This document shows, one piece after another, positions 10,130 through 20,254 of a stretch of 64,000 nucleotides of DNA. The stretch's first letter is position 1, and each line of letters starts with the position of its first letter. Below the pieces are notes generated by a model. It was not told the DNA's origin. It did no database searches and saw nothing but the letters and a program-made list of their open reading frames with translations. The stretch is taken from contig CAVXJS010000019.1 of NCBI GenBank assembly GCA_963762145.1, forward strand, positions 1 to 64,000, given 5' to 3'. Both the position numbers and the translations under genes were made by a program. This stretch comes from an uncultured Candidatus Rokubacteria bacterium (GTDB lineage: Bacteria > Methylomirabilota > Methylomirabilia > Rokubacteriales > CSP1-6).

Positions 10130-10356
10130 CGTCTTCCTTTTCCCGATCGCCGGGTCGGGTTCGCGGGGCAGCAAAACTATCTTTCGCCGCGGGAGGAGGG
10201 AAAAGCTGACCGCTTTGAGTCCAGCTGGGTTACCCTCAGACGTCTCGTCCACTTTCCTTCCTCGGCAGTGACGGGGCAGCCCGCCGGTGAAGGCTCTCTA
10301 CGTTCTTCATAGCTGGCCGGACTGACCGTGAACGCCCTCACAGCGGAGGTGCCCTG

Positions 10357-11419
10357 ATGAGCAAGGATGGCCGGTGCGTGTTGACCCTGGCGCTCGCGCT
10401 CCTCGTCGCGGCGCCGTCTCTAGGACAGGGGGAGACGCTCGGCGAGGCGTACGTCCGCGTCAGCACGTCGGTGGTCGTGATCCGGGCTCATGGGGAGGAG
10501 GTGGGCGACTTCGGCCCGGTCAAGTTCTCGGAGATCGGCTCGGGCGTCCTGATGTCGCCGGATGGGAAAGTGGCGACCGCCGCGCACGTGGTCCAAACGA
10601 TGGAGGACATCACGGTGGAGTTCCTCGGTGAGGAGCCGGTCCCCGCGCGCGTCATCGCCTCCGAGCAATGGGCCGACATTTCGATCCTTCAGGTCTCGGT
10701 GGTGCCCCGTGGCGCCACCGTGTCGAAGCTCGCCGACTCCGACCGGATCTCCATCGGCGATCCCGTCTTCATTGTGGGCGCGCCCTACGGGCTCAGCTAT
10801 TCGCTGAGCGACGGGATCATCAGCGCGCGGTGGCCCCCCGACACAGTCACCAAGGATTTCCCGCTGGCCGAGTTCTTCCAGACCACCGCCACGATCAATA
10901 CCGGCAACTCCGGCGGGCCGATGTTTCAATCGGGCGGGCGAGTTGATCGGGATCGTCAGCCATAACATCACGAAGTCGGGCGGGAGCGAAGGGCTCGGCT
11001 TCGTCGTCACCTCGAATACCGTGAGAAGCCTGCTGGTCGAGCGGAACCGCGGGTTTTTCGGGTTCGATGCCATTCTGGTGTCGGGGGCAATGGCCGAGGC
11101 CCTCAAGGTGCCGCAGGCGGGCGGGTTCCTCGTGAAGCAGGTGGTCAAGGATACGGTGGCCAGCCAGATCGGGCTCAGGGGGGGAGACCGCACTGCCCTC
11201 GTGGAAGGCCAGAAGATCGTCGTCGGAGGCGATATCTTGCTCGCGGTCCAGGGGATCCCCATGGCCAGCGGCGCCGACCGAGCCAAGGTCTTCAAGGGCC
11301 TTGAGTCGCTCCGAGTGGGCGACGAGCTGCGCTTCACCGTCCTCCGCGACGACAAGATCGTGGATCTCACGATGAAGTGGACCGGCTTCCCGACTCAATT
11401 CGTTCCGCCCGTGAAGTGA
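10357..11419 (+). CDS. HtrA/DegP-like S1C serine protease with PDZ (one frameshift ~10930)
   Basis: Signal peptide, TAAH, D, GNSGGP triad; PDZ-like C-term in second frame. Confidence 0.9.
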
Positions 11420-11498
11420 TCGGGAGATCCCCGGCCTGGAGAAGTTCCACGTCCACATCCTTGAGCGGCCCAAGGCGGAACCGACGTAATCGGCGCAC

Positions 11499-12014
11499 TC
11501 AACTCCGCGGCTGGATCGTGTCCTTAATCGCGTCGAGCAACCGGGGTGCGAGGTCGCGCTTGGTGATGAACGAGTCGGCGCCGTTCAGCAACGCAGAGCG
11601 CCTCGTCTCATCATCCGTCAGGTTGGTCAAGACCAGAACCCTAGTCTCGGGCCACTCCCTCTTGATCCGCCGTGTCGCTTCGAGTCCTCCAACGCCCGGC
11701 ATCATCACATCCATCACGACGAGATCTGGCTGAGCCTGGCGCACAAGGATGATCGCCGACTCGCCATCGTCTGCCTCCCCGACCAGAAGCACGCCCGGGT
11801 CTTGGCTGAGGATGAAGCCGACCAGGGAGCGGACCTCGACATCGTCATCGGCGACGACGACTCGAACGACTCTGCCCGCGTCTCTAGAAGGTGATGCGTT
11901 CGTGGGACTCACACGCCGTCTGACTGCACCACGGAAGACTGCGTCTGTCAACGGACCGAAGGCGACCAACCGCGCTCCTCGACGCGGTAGTCCCGCTGCT
12001 TCACTTTCAACCAC
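11499..12014 (-). CDS. Stand-alone response regulator receiver domain (true start likely downstream)
   Basis: VVVADDD, PDLVVMDVMMP, VLVLT, FITK. Confidence 0.8.
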   Translation of the reverse strand: MVESEAAGLPRRGARLVAFGPLTDAVFRGAVRRRVSPTNASPSRDAGRVVRVVVADDDVEVRSLVGFILSQDPGVLLVGEADDGESAIILVRQAQPDLVVMDVMMPGVGGLEATRRIKREWPETRVLVLTNLTDDETRRSALLNGADSFITKRDLAPRLLDAIKDTIQPRS

Positions 12015-12066
12015 GCCAGCGTGTGGACGCCCGCGTACGGCGACGAGAATCGGAGTGCAGGTTAGG

Positions 12067-12140
12067 AACCCGAAGGGGCAGCCTCAAGAGGGCGGCTCAT
12101 CCCCTTCGGGCGCGATGCCGAGCGTGGCCGTAGCACCCGG
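12067..12140. repeat. 74-bp structured intergenic repeat, copy 2
   Basis: 69/74 identical to 5050-5123. Confidence 0.9.
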
Positions 12141-12349
12141 GTGCCGCGTAGTGTACCTGCTGGGGCTTACCAGCGCCCTGCCAGTCGCACACTCCAAGAT
12201 TTGCTCGCCACCAACCACCCCCGCGCTCGCACCGCTGAGCCTCGGTAACGATACGTTCTAGCTCGACTGGAGAGTACTGCCGCGCCCCACGGCCACCCCC
12301 TCGTCGGAGTCATCCCAGGGCGAACGTCCCGAGATGCGGGCCCCGACGG

Positions 12350-12478
12350 TCAGGCCACGCGACCGGCTCTTACCGGAGGCGGAGGCGGTGGCGGTGGAGG
12401 TGGCTGCGGGGGCTCAGGCGGCGGAGGCGGCTGCGGGGGCTGCGGCGGCCTCGGCGGGTCGGGCTGAAGCCATTCCAT
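12350..12478 (-). CDS. Putative 42-aa polyproline peptide
   Basis: MEWLQPDPPRPPQPPQPPPPPEPPQPPPPPPPPPPVRAGRVA*; all four Pro codons used. Confidence 0.45.
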   Translation of the reverse strand: MEWLQPDPPRPPQPPQPPPPPEPPQPPPPPPPPPPVRAGRVA

Positions 12479-12942
12479 TGGGACAGTGTACCCACCACCA
12501 ACCGAGATGCCACCCCGCTTTTCGTGTACGACGGACCCGGGTGTTTCTTCCCGTTTTGTCGCCCAGTCGCGGCCGGGACCACACCAAGCGCTTCGTACAG
12601 GGGCCGTGGGTGGCCTTGTCGCCTCGCACCCAACTCTTTCCGGGAAATGTTTCCATGCGGCCTCCGCATTTTTCAGAGGAGGTCAGTACCTCAGGCGGTC
12701 GAGAGGGGCTCTGAGGTTCCTTTTCATCGGATGGCACGTCCCTTGCGGCTCCTCAAGTCAAGCCTCGTTCTGAGCCGGCACTGGGGGCGGGAGAGCTTGG
12801 CTGTCCCAGCTGAATTCCCGCCGGTAGGGCGGGGTCCGGAGGGCTCCTGCGACACTCTTAACCCTTCACCACGTGCCGAGCGAGGATTCGGCCCTTCCGT
12901 GCCTGAAGGGGCAGAGGACGCGATTGGAGGGACGGCGCGTAG

Positions 12943-13293
12943 ATGAATGAGCGCGTCTGGTTGGCGTGCGACTGTGGGGCCGACATGCCGCGCCTGCTGC
13001 TCGTCGCTGTGGCCGGTGTGGTCGTCATCCTAAGCGGCTGCTCCAAGACCTTGTGGATCATCCCACCGGGCGGTAGCGAGCAGCAGCTCTTGCGAGATTC
13101 CTACGCGTGCCGGCGGGATGCCGCCACGCCACCGGCGCCCCGCCCAGTGTTGCCGGCCTCCACTGGCTTCGTCCATCCAAGCCAAGGCTACACGATGGCT
13201 CCTCAGGGGCTCCCCACCGCGCCGGGAGATCAAGCACGGGAAGAGGGGCTCGTCGCTCGTTGCATGGAATCGAAAGGCTATCGCCGTCAATAG
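12943..13293 (+). CDS. Small lipoprotein
   Basis: Lipobox LSGC; YAC...CMESKGY Cys pair. Confidence 0.7.
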   Translation: MNERVWLACDCGADMPRLLLVAVAGVVVILSGCSKTLWIIPPGGSEQQLLRDSYACRRDAATPPAPRPVLPASTGFVHPSQGYTMAPQGLPTAPGDQAREEGLVARCMESKGYRRQ

Positions 13294-13339
13294 ACGCGGG
13301 CGAGGTGTTCGACCTTCGCCCGAAGGGGAGGAGACTCCC

Positions 13340-13942
13340 ATGCGGCTGATCTTGATTTTGTTGTTTGCTGCGTTCTCGATTGCCGTGGCTGTGATAGGGC
13401 TCAAGCCCGGCACCACCGCCTTGCGAAACCCCCCCGAGGAATTTATGGCCATGCCCTGGGGCGCCAGCGAGTCCGAAGTCCGCGCGACACTCGCGGACAC
13501 GGTGCAGGTCGCGGGTGCCCATTGGCCGAGACTCGGCGACTGCCATGACTACCCCGCCTCGGATCGTGGACTCTACGGCGACCGCTTTTGCGTCGGCGGC
13601 GCTGCCCTCGGCGGCACCAAGATCGAAACCACGTATTCCTTCCGTCGCGGTGGGTTGGCGTCGCTACGGATGATCTTCAGCTCCGATTCCTTTGATCGGA
13701 TCGAAAAAATCTTCATCGAGCAGTACGGACCGCCAGTGTCTGCCTTCAATGAGGAGGTCGAGCTATCAACCAAGATCAATCGCTTTCTCCTATGGGAAAG
13801 CGAACACATCAAGATCGTGCTACGGCGCTATTTGAACAGCAGCACCCGGGGCGCCGCGACCTACACGACGGCAGGCGAACAGGCCGAGGTGATCCGCCTC
13901 GTTCACGAATTGGCCCGGCGGGATGCCGGGAAACGCCCTTAG
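13340..13942 (+). CDS. Exported hypothetical protein
   Basis: GGAGGAG RBS; hydrophobic N-terminus; PWGAS motif. Confidence 0.7.
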   Translation: MRLILILLFAAFSIAVAVIGLKPGTTALRNPPEEFMAMPWGASESEVRATLADTVQVAGAHWPRLGDCHDYPASDRGLYGDRFCVGGAALGGTKIETTYSFRRGGLASLRMIFSSDSFDRIEKIFIEQYGPPVSAFNEEVELSTKINRFLLWESEHIKIVLRRYLNSSTRGAATYTTAGEQAEVIRLVHELARRDAGKRP

Positions 13943-14173
13943 CGCGGCTGCCGGTCCTCCGCTTGACACGCGCCTGATCTCCCCAGCTCATCTGCCACGC
14001 TAGCCTCTCCCGGCGGCAGGCTGTAGCGGCTTCGAAGAGGCGAATAATCGTCGACGCGCTGGCGCCGGCGCCCCGACGGGGCATAAGACCAAAGTCCCAT
14101 AGCACGGTGCCGTGGACACAGATAGCGTTTCGACGGAGCCCGAACCCAACATCACTTGAAGAGGAGGACAAAA

Positions 14174-14584
14174 ATGGGAATGCGGACGGCGAGAACAGTT
14201 CTTGGCTTTACGTTGATGTTCGTCGTGTTCGCGGCGGCGTACGTCTCGGCTCAACAGGCAGCTCCGGCAGATATCAAGAGCCTGGCCGGTAAGTGGTCCG
14301 GCTATGCTTCACCCACGAGGGGTTCCAACGTCCCCCTCGAGGTCACTGTCAAGCCGGACGGTACGTACGCGAGCAAGTGGGGCGGTCAAAACGGGACGGG
14401 CACCATCAAGATGGAGGGCGGCAAGCTCATGGCTGACGGCCACCTCTTGTATGGTACCGGGGCGACGACCGCCGGCACTGGACGAGCGGAGCTGACTCTC
14501 ACCAAGAAAGACGGGAAGCAGATGATATCGGGCGTTGGACGTGACAACGACGGGCCGTACAACTTCCAGCTGACGAAGCAGTAA
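14174..14584 (+). CDS. Secreted small beta protein (AGxWxG/PDGTY family)
   Basis: GAGGAGG RBS; signal peptide; DIKSLAGKWSG..VTVKPDGTY. Confidence 0.8.
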   Translation: MGMRTARTVLGFTLMFVVFAAAYVSAQQAAPADIKSLAGKWSGYASPTRGSNVPLEVTVKPDGTYASKWGGQNGTGTIKMEGGKLMADGHLLYGTGATTAGTGRAELTLTKKDGKQMISGVGRDNDGPYNFQLTKQ

Positions 14585-15033
14585 ATGACACCGCCGATGC
14601 CAGCGGGCCGCCGGCGGGCTGTGGCGGGCGCCCGAGCCGTCGCGATGATCGGGTTGGTAGTCGTCTCCGCTGTCTTCGCGGCGTGTGCGGGCGGCCCCGC
14701 TGGCCCTGGGTCGGTCATGGTCCCGGTGACCGAAGTAAAGAGCGTGGCCGGCCAGTGGGCCGGCACCCTGGCGAGAGATACGAACCCGCGGGAGGACTGG
14801 GTTCGGGTGACGATCGACCAGGATGGGACCTACGATTTCAGCAGCGCCCGCCAGATCGGAGTCTTGACCGGCAAGGGCAATTTGTCGGTGAAGGACGGCA
14901 AGCTCGTCGGCGAGAGTCCCCGGGGCACGAGCGTGTATACCCTCTACGATCGGGGGGGAAGCAGGTGCTCATCGTGGATGTCCGGCTGAACGACGGCGCC
15001 TCGTACTCGGCGGTGCTCGGCCGGGCCCCTTAG
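14585..15033 (+). CDS. Lipoprotein of the same beta family (frameshift in G-run ~14955)
   Basis: FAAC lipobox; EVKSVAGQWAG..VTIDQDGTY. Confidence 0.75.
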
Positions 15034-15150
15034 AGCCCCCGGCCGAGCAGCCGGAACGCGCGGTGGCACTGCCGAACGTGTCCGCCAGGAGGCGGCCGGG
15101 CGTCGCCTCCCCCTCGTACTCTAGATCCGACCATTCGCGCGGCGTGAATG

Positions 15151-16092
15151 TCATGGCCGCTGGCCGGCCCGCCGCGTCGCCACCATCTCGGCGACGCCCC
15201 CGGGCATGAACCGCATCGAGAGCACGAGGAGCGCTCCGAATACCGTGAGCACCAGATCGCGGGAAACCATGCCGGCGATGTCGGGCCAGAACTGAAGGAA
15301 GAGTCCTCCGACCACGGCGCCCCAGACCGATGTCATGCCGCCGAACACTGAGCCCACCAGCAAGAGGATCGAGAGCCAGTATGTGAAGCTCTCGGGCGCG
15401 ATGAAGTCGAGGAGCAGCGCCGCGAGTGCGCCAGCAACACCCGCGTACGCCGCCCCCACCGCGAAGGTCAGCGCGGTGCACTGGACGACGTCGATCCCGA
15501 GGGCCTGGGCGGCGATCGGATGGTCGCGCATGGCCCGGATGGCTCGGCCCGTGCGGCCGGCAACCAGGTTCCGCGCCATCCACAGCAACAGGGCGAGGAT
15601 GCCAAGGGTCACGAAGTACCACCACTGATCCTGGCTCACGGGCAGGCCGAGCGGCGCGCTGGGCCGATCCAGGTAGAGTCCCTGCACGCCGCCCGTCCAG
15701 GGGCTCAGATAGCTCGACTTGAGCGTCTGCGGCAGCGCCAGGGCCAGGGCGAACGTGGTCAGGGCGAGGTGGAAGCCGGCGAGCCGCGCCACTACACGCC
15801 CGAACAGGTACCCGGCGACCAGGCACACGAGCGCGGCGGCGAGGATTCCCGCGTAGGCGGACATGCTTCCATGGCGCATCATCACCGCCAGGGTGTACGC
15901 ACCCAGTCCGTAGAACGCGCCATGTCCAAGCGAGATCAGCCCCGCCTGGCCCGCGATCAGGTTGAGGCCGAGGATGGCGATCGCGTGCGTTGCGGCAAAG
16001 GCAAGCTGGTGAGTCCGGAAGCCCCACAACAGGAACGGGAGCGCGATCGCGCACACGGCGAGCAGTACGACGGCGAGGCGGCGAGGATTCAA
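15151..16092 (-). CDS. Branched-chain amino-acid ABC permease (LivM-like), orphan
   Basis: GLNLIAGQAGLISLGHGAFYGLGAY; GRAIRAMRD; probable TTG start. Confidence 0.85.
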   Translation of the reverse strand: MNPRRLAVVLLAVCAIALPFLLWGFRTHQLAFAATHAIAILGLNLIAGQAGLISLGHGAFYGLGAYTLAVMMRHGSMSAYAGILAAALVCLVAGYLFGRVVARLAGFHLALTTFALALALPQTLKSSYLSPWTGGVQGLYLDRPSAPLGLPVSQDQWWYFVTLGILALLLWMARNLVAGRTGRAIRAMRDHPIAAQALGIDVVQCTALTFAVGAAYAGVAGALAALLLDFIAPESFTYWLSILLLVGSVFGGMTSVWGAVVGGLFLQFWPDIAGMVSRDLVLTVFGALLVLSMRFMPGGVAEMVATRRAGQRP

Positions 16093-16136
16093 TGAATCAC
16101 CGCGCGCGGCCGCCCGACAATGCCGCTCGGCGTGCG

Positions 16137-17933
16137 CTACCAGGCCAGGGCGTAGGTCGGGCGGCGCGGATCCGCGCCGGCGGACAGCACGCCCGTCTCC
16201 GGATCCCGGCTCGTCACCACGGCGCCGACGCCGCACGCGCCGATCTCGGACACGGCGTGACCGAGCGCGCGCAGCTCTCCGCGGGTGCGCTCGGGAATCC
16301 CCGCCTCCACGTTGAGCTGACCGGGCCGGTACACGCGCGGCCAGAACGAGTTCACGAGCGTCTGCGTCGAGAAGCGCGGAGCCTCGACGGCCTGCTGGGG
16401 ATTCATCCCCCAGACGAGCAGGTTCAGCACGATCTGTAAATCTGCCTGCGCCTGGTCGTCGCCGCCTGGGCAGCCGACCGTCGTCACCGGCACGCCGTCT
16501 TTGGAGATCAGGTAGCTGATCAGCGTCGTGCGGGGGCGCTTGCCCGGCATCAGGGCGTTGGGATGACCGTCCTCCAGCACGAACATCTCGCTGCGCGTGC
16601 TGAGCGTGCAGCCCAGCTCCGGCACGAACGCGGACTTCCGGAACACGCCGCCGCTCGGCGTCAGGCAGATCATGGTGCCGTCGCGATCGATGGCCGCGAT
16701 GTGCGTCGTGCCATCGGCGGCCGGCGCCACGTCGCCCGCCGATGGGGAGGCCACGCCCGCGTGCGTGCGTGCGCCCACCACGACCGAGCCGGTGTGGAGC
16801 GGGTCGCCGGGCGCGGGCGCTTCGGGCATCGCCCGGTCCATGCGGATCAGGGCCGCCCGCTCGCGTGCGTACGCCGGCGCCAGCAGGTCCGCGAGCGGGA
16901 CGGGGGCGTCGCCGTAGTGGCGCTCGCGGTCGGCGAACGCGAGCTTCAGCACCTCGGTCACGACGTGAATGTAGCGCGAGGAGTTGTGGCCCATCCCGCG
17001 CAGGTCGAACGTTGCCAGCATGGCGAGGGCCTGCATGAGCACGGGCGCCTGGGTCCACGGACCCTGGCCGAGGATCTCGCGTCCGGCGAACGCGACCGAG
17101 ACCGGCGCTTCCAGTCGCGTGCGGTAGGCGGCCAGGTCGCCTGCGCGGAGCAGGCCGCCCACGCGCTCGGAGAAGCCGCCGATCGTCGCGGCGATGTCGC
17201 CGCGATAGAACCGCTCGCGCGCGGCGGCGATGCCCGCGACTCGATGCCCGCGGGCCGACGCGTCGGCCTCTACGAGTCGCTCCAGCGTCGCGGCGAGCGC
17301 CGGCTGCTGGAACAGCTCGCCGACCTCGGGCACGCGGCCGCCGGGATAGAAGACGTCGGTCCCGCCCGGCGGGTACAGGTCGAACTGCGTGCGGCTCTCG
17401 GGGATGGCCAGCATGCGGTGCATGTACTCGTACATCGGGAAGCCGCGGCGCGCGTAGTGGACGGCAGGCGCGAGCACCTCGGCGAGCGTCCGGGTGCCCC
17501 TGGTCTCGAGCAGCGTCAGGTAGGCGTCGACGGCGCCCGGCACGGTGAACGACAGGTGGGCGTCCGCGCCCGGGCCGGTCGGAATGCGATCGAGGCCCCG
17601 CCCGCGGAAGAAGGCCGTCGTCGCCAGCTTCGGCGCGACGCCCTGGCCACTGACCGCGACCGTCTCGCGCGCGCGGCCGTCGTACACGAGCGCCACGCAC
17701 TCGCCGCACAGCGTGTAGGACGCGGTCGGCTCCACGACGGCCGCGGCGAAGCCGGCCGCCACCGCCGCGTCGACGGCATTGCCGCCAGACAGGAGCATGC
17801 GCATGCCGGTGATGGACACCAGCGGGTGTCCGGTGACGACGACGCCCTGCGTCCCCGCGACCACGGGCCGTGTCGTCGCCCAGTCGGCCGCGTGATGCTC
17901 CATCTCGTGAACGCGTGGCAGCTGGTGGGTCAT
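16137..17933 (-). CDS. ggt: Gamma-glutamyltransferase family protein
   Basis: GGNAVDAAVA; catalytic TTH; PGKRPRTTL; GADPRR. Confidence 0.9.
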   Translation of the reverse strand: MTHQLPRVHEMEHHAADWATTRPVVAGTQGVVVTGHPLVSITGMRMLLSGGNAVDAAVAAGFAAAVVEPTASYTLCGECVALVYDGRARETVAVSGQGVAPKLATTAFFRGRGLDRIPTGPGADAHLSFTVPGAVDAYLTLLETRGTRTLAEVLAPAVHYARRGFPMYEYMHRMLAIPESRTQFDLYPPGGTDVFYPGGRVPEVGELFQQPALAATLERLVEADASARGHRVAGIAAARERFYRGDIAATIGGFSERVGGLLRAGDLAAYRTRLEAPVSVAFAGREILGQGPWTQAPVLMQALAMLATFDLRGMGHNSSRYIHVVTEVLKLAFADRERHYGDAPVPLADLLAPAYARERAALIRMDRAMPEAPAPGDPLHTGSVVVGARTHAGVASPSAGDVAPAADGTTHIAAIDRDGTMICLTPSGGVFRKSAFVPELGCTLSTRSEMFVLEDGHPNALMPGKRPRTTLISYLISKDGVPVTTVGCPGGDDQAQADLQIVLNLLVWGMNPQQAVEAPRFSTQTLVNSFWPRVYRPGQLNVEAGIPERTRGELRALGHAVSEIGACGVGAVVTSRDPETGVLSAGADPRRPTYALAW

Positions 17934-18152
17934 GGCGGGCCGTGCCTCCCGCGGCAATCCTGGCACAGCGACACGGGGCGCGTCAAAGCGCTGCGAGGAG
18001 CGAGAGCGGGAGGTCGTCGCCACCCTTGAGAATGTCGAGGTTGCATTCGCGGCCTGGTCCGCCGTACAACGGTCCCGACGTGCCCAGCGCAGCATTGCGT
18101 TGGCTGCGCGAGCGTAACCCCCTGTGTGTATCGCGAAGGCGGGAGGTCGGTC

Positions 18153-18845
18153 ATGACCGTGCGGCTGGAGTCGGTGACGTTCACGAGCGGAGACGGGGAG
18201 ACGCGCGTCCCGTCGTACCTGGCCACCCCGGACGGCGACGGGCCCCATCCGGTCGTGTTGATCCTCCGGGGCGTGGCTGGACCGGACGACGGGTACACGG
18301 AGATTGCCCGGCGCCTCGCCGAGTGGGGCTATGTGGCCCTGGTACACGGCTGGAAGGTTCGCGGGACCGACCCGACGGATGAGCCCGTGTATTCCGATCT
18401 GCGGGGAGCGATGTCCTTCCTGGGATCGGTCGGACAGGCCGATCTCAAGAGACTGGCCGTCTTCGGCTTCTGTCGGGGTGGGGTGCACGCGCTGATGGCG
18501 GCCCGAGCGCACGCGGAGATCCGCGTGATCGTCGTCTTCCACGGCTTCGCCTTCCGACCGGCGGGGGCTCAGCCGGGCGCCGAGCCCTACGATCTCGCCG
18601 AGGGCGTGAGCGTCCCCATGCTGGTCCTGCACGGTACGGAGGACGAGCGGGCGCCCATGGCGGACATGCGTCGGATGGAGGCGCGGATGCGGGCCCTCGG
18701 CAAGGTCTGCACCTTCGTGTTCTACGACGCGGCCCGCCACGGCTTTGCCGTGCGCACCCACCCTGGCTATGCTGAGGATGCGGCGAAGCAGAGCTTCGAC
18801 GAAGCCAAGCGCTTTTTGGCGAGATACTTGCCCGTTACTGGATGA
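18153..18845 (+). CDS. Dienelactone hydrolase family protein
   Basis: GFCRGG nucleophile, GTEDE, HGF. Confidence 0.9.
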   Translation: MTVRLESVTFTSGDGETRVPSYLATPDGDGPHPVVLILRGVAGPDDGYTEIARRLAEWGYVALVHGWKVRGTDPTDEPVYSDLRGAMSFLGSVGQADLKRLAVFGFCRGGVHALMAARAHAEIRVIVVFHGFAFRPAGAQPGAEPYDLAEGVSVPMLVLHGTEDERAPMADMRRMEARMRALGKVCTFVFYDAARHGFAVRTHPGYAEDAAKQSFDEAKRFLARYLPVTG

Positions 18846-18894
18846 GATTGACAGCGGCGCGGGCTGATGCACGCGTGAGAGGAGACGGGCACGA

Positions 18895-19353
18895 ATGGCG
18901 ACCGACCGACGACAGCAGATCCGGCTGAGCCCCGACGAGCAGGCCGCGTTCTTCCGGGAACGCAAGAAGGCCGCCCTGGCCACCATCGACAAGGACGGCT
19001 TCCCCCATGTCGTGGCCATGAACTACTTCGCGCGGGACGGCGCTTTCTACATGACCTCGTACGGGAAGGCGCAGAAGGTCGTCAACATCCGCCGGAATCC
19101 CAAGGTGGCGTTGATGATCGAGGCCGGCGACGAGTACGCCGAGCTGCGGGGCGTGATGATCCGGGGGCGCTGCGAGGTCCTCGAGGACGAAACCAGCGTC
19201 AGGGCGGCGTTCGAGGCGCGGGCGGGGGCGCAAGCGAGTGCGTCTCCGGTCCAGCCGGGAGCGGTGGCCAGCGCGTCGAAGCGCGTGGTGCTCAAGATCG
19301 TTCCGGAAAAGGTAGTCAGCTGGGACCACCGCAAGCTCGGCGGACGGTACTGA
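18895..19353 (+). CDS. Pyridoxamine 5'-phosphate oxidase-like (split-barrel flavin/F420) protein
   Basis: LATIDKDGFPHVV, QKVVNIRRNPKV, SWDHRKL. Confidence 0.85.
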   Translation: MATDRRQQIRLSPDEQAAFFRERKKAALATIDKDGFPHVVAMNYFARDGAFYMTSYGKAQKVVNIRRNPKVALMIEAGDEYAELRGVMIRGRCEVLEDETSVRAAFEARAGAQASASPVQPGAVASASKRVVLKIVPEKVVSWDHRKLGGRY

Positions 19354-19390
19354 CCGGCGGACGGAGGGAGAGCGAGGAGAACAGCCCAGT

Positions 19391-20104
19391 CTAGCGTTGC
19401 GAGGTCCCAAGCCCCCGGGGTGAACGGCTGGACGGGACCGGACGATACATCCGCAGCAAGGCTTCCCTCTCCCGTGACCAGTCGTGCGCACAATACCAAC
19501 CCTGTTCCCGGGCTGCCATCTTCACCGGCGAGGGCGTCACGGGGCGGAGGAGGACCCCCGACTCGTCCGGTCGTGTATACCTGATGGTGGACTGGACGCA
19601 ATCGGCGACCACCATCGATTCGGCCGGTTTCTCCCCGTACTTCATGGTCCACTCGAAAAAACGGTTCTCGAAAGGAGCGAGGCCGATCCGGCCGTCGCCC
19701 ACTACGTGAGACGAATGGGGCGAGATGAGCGTCACAGCACCTATTGGCGGGTTCACCCACGTTAGTGGTTCCGTCATTGATCTCCATCTCGACGTACTCG
19801 CAACCCTGGAGGGGCCGGGGCCACCACCACCGGTGTCTTCGATCCGTAGCGTCAGCTTTAGCATCTCGTTATGAAACTGGTAACGGGGAATGCTGGGTAG
19901 GGTGCCGACTCCAGCGAGGAATACGAGGCCAGCGACAAGAGCGGGCTCTGGGAATCTTGGGAATGTTTTCCTCAGGTCGCGGAACAGCAGGTAGACGAGT
20001 ATGGCGACCCCTAGCATTCCGTAGATCGTGTGGAAGAACAGCCAGTTCAGTAGCGAGAAGGTCGCATTGATCGAGTAGTCGAGGTTCACTAGGGCATTCT
20101 CCAA
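19391..20104 (-). CDS. Hypothetical membrane-anchored protein
   Basis: Two N-terminal hydrophobic segments; atypical codon usage. Confidence 0.5.
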   Translation of the reverse strand: MENALVNLDYSINATFSLLNWLFFHTIYGMLGVAILVYLLFRDLRKTFPRFPEPALVAGLVFLAGVGTLPSIPRYQFHNEMLKLTLRIEDTGGGGPGPSRVASTSRWRSMTEPLTWVNPPIGAVTLISPHSSHVVGDGRIGLAPFENRFFEWTMKYGEKPAESMVVADCVQSTIRYTRPDESGVLLRPVTPSPVKMAAREQGWYCAHDWSREREALLRMYRPVPSSRSPRGLGTSQR

Positions 20105-20254
20105 CCTTGTGCGTCTAGCGCGCCGGAGAAAGAAGCAAGTCCTGAGCCAGTGTGACGCCCTCGACGATCCAATGGTTTACCGTCAGACCGCCGCCCGTCA
20201 AACGTCGCTGACGGATCATCTTCGTCAGTCGGCGTGACGGTCGTCGGGCGTCCA

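Noticed and set aside
5050-12140. CRISPR array or IS ends
   Set aside because: Only two direct copies, 7 kb apart; no spacers, cas genes or transposase.
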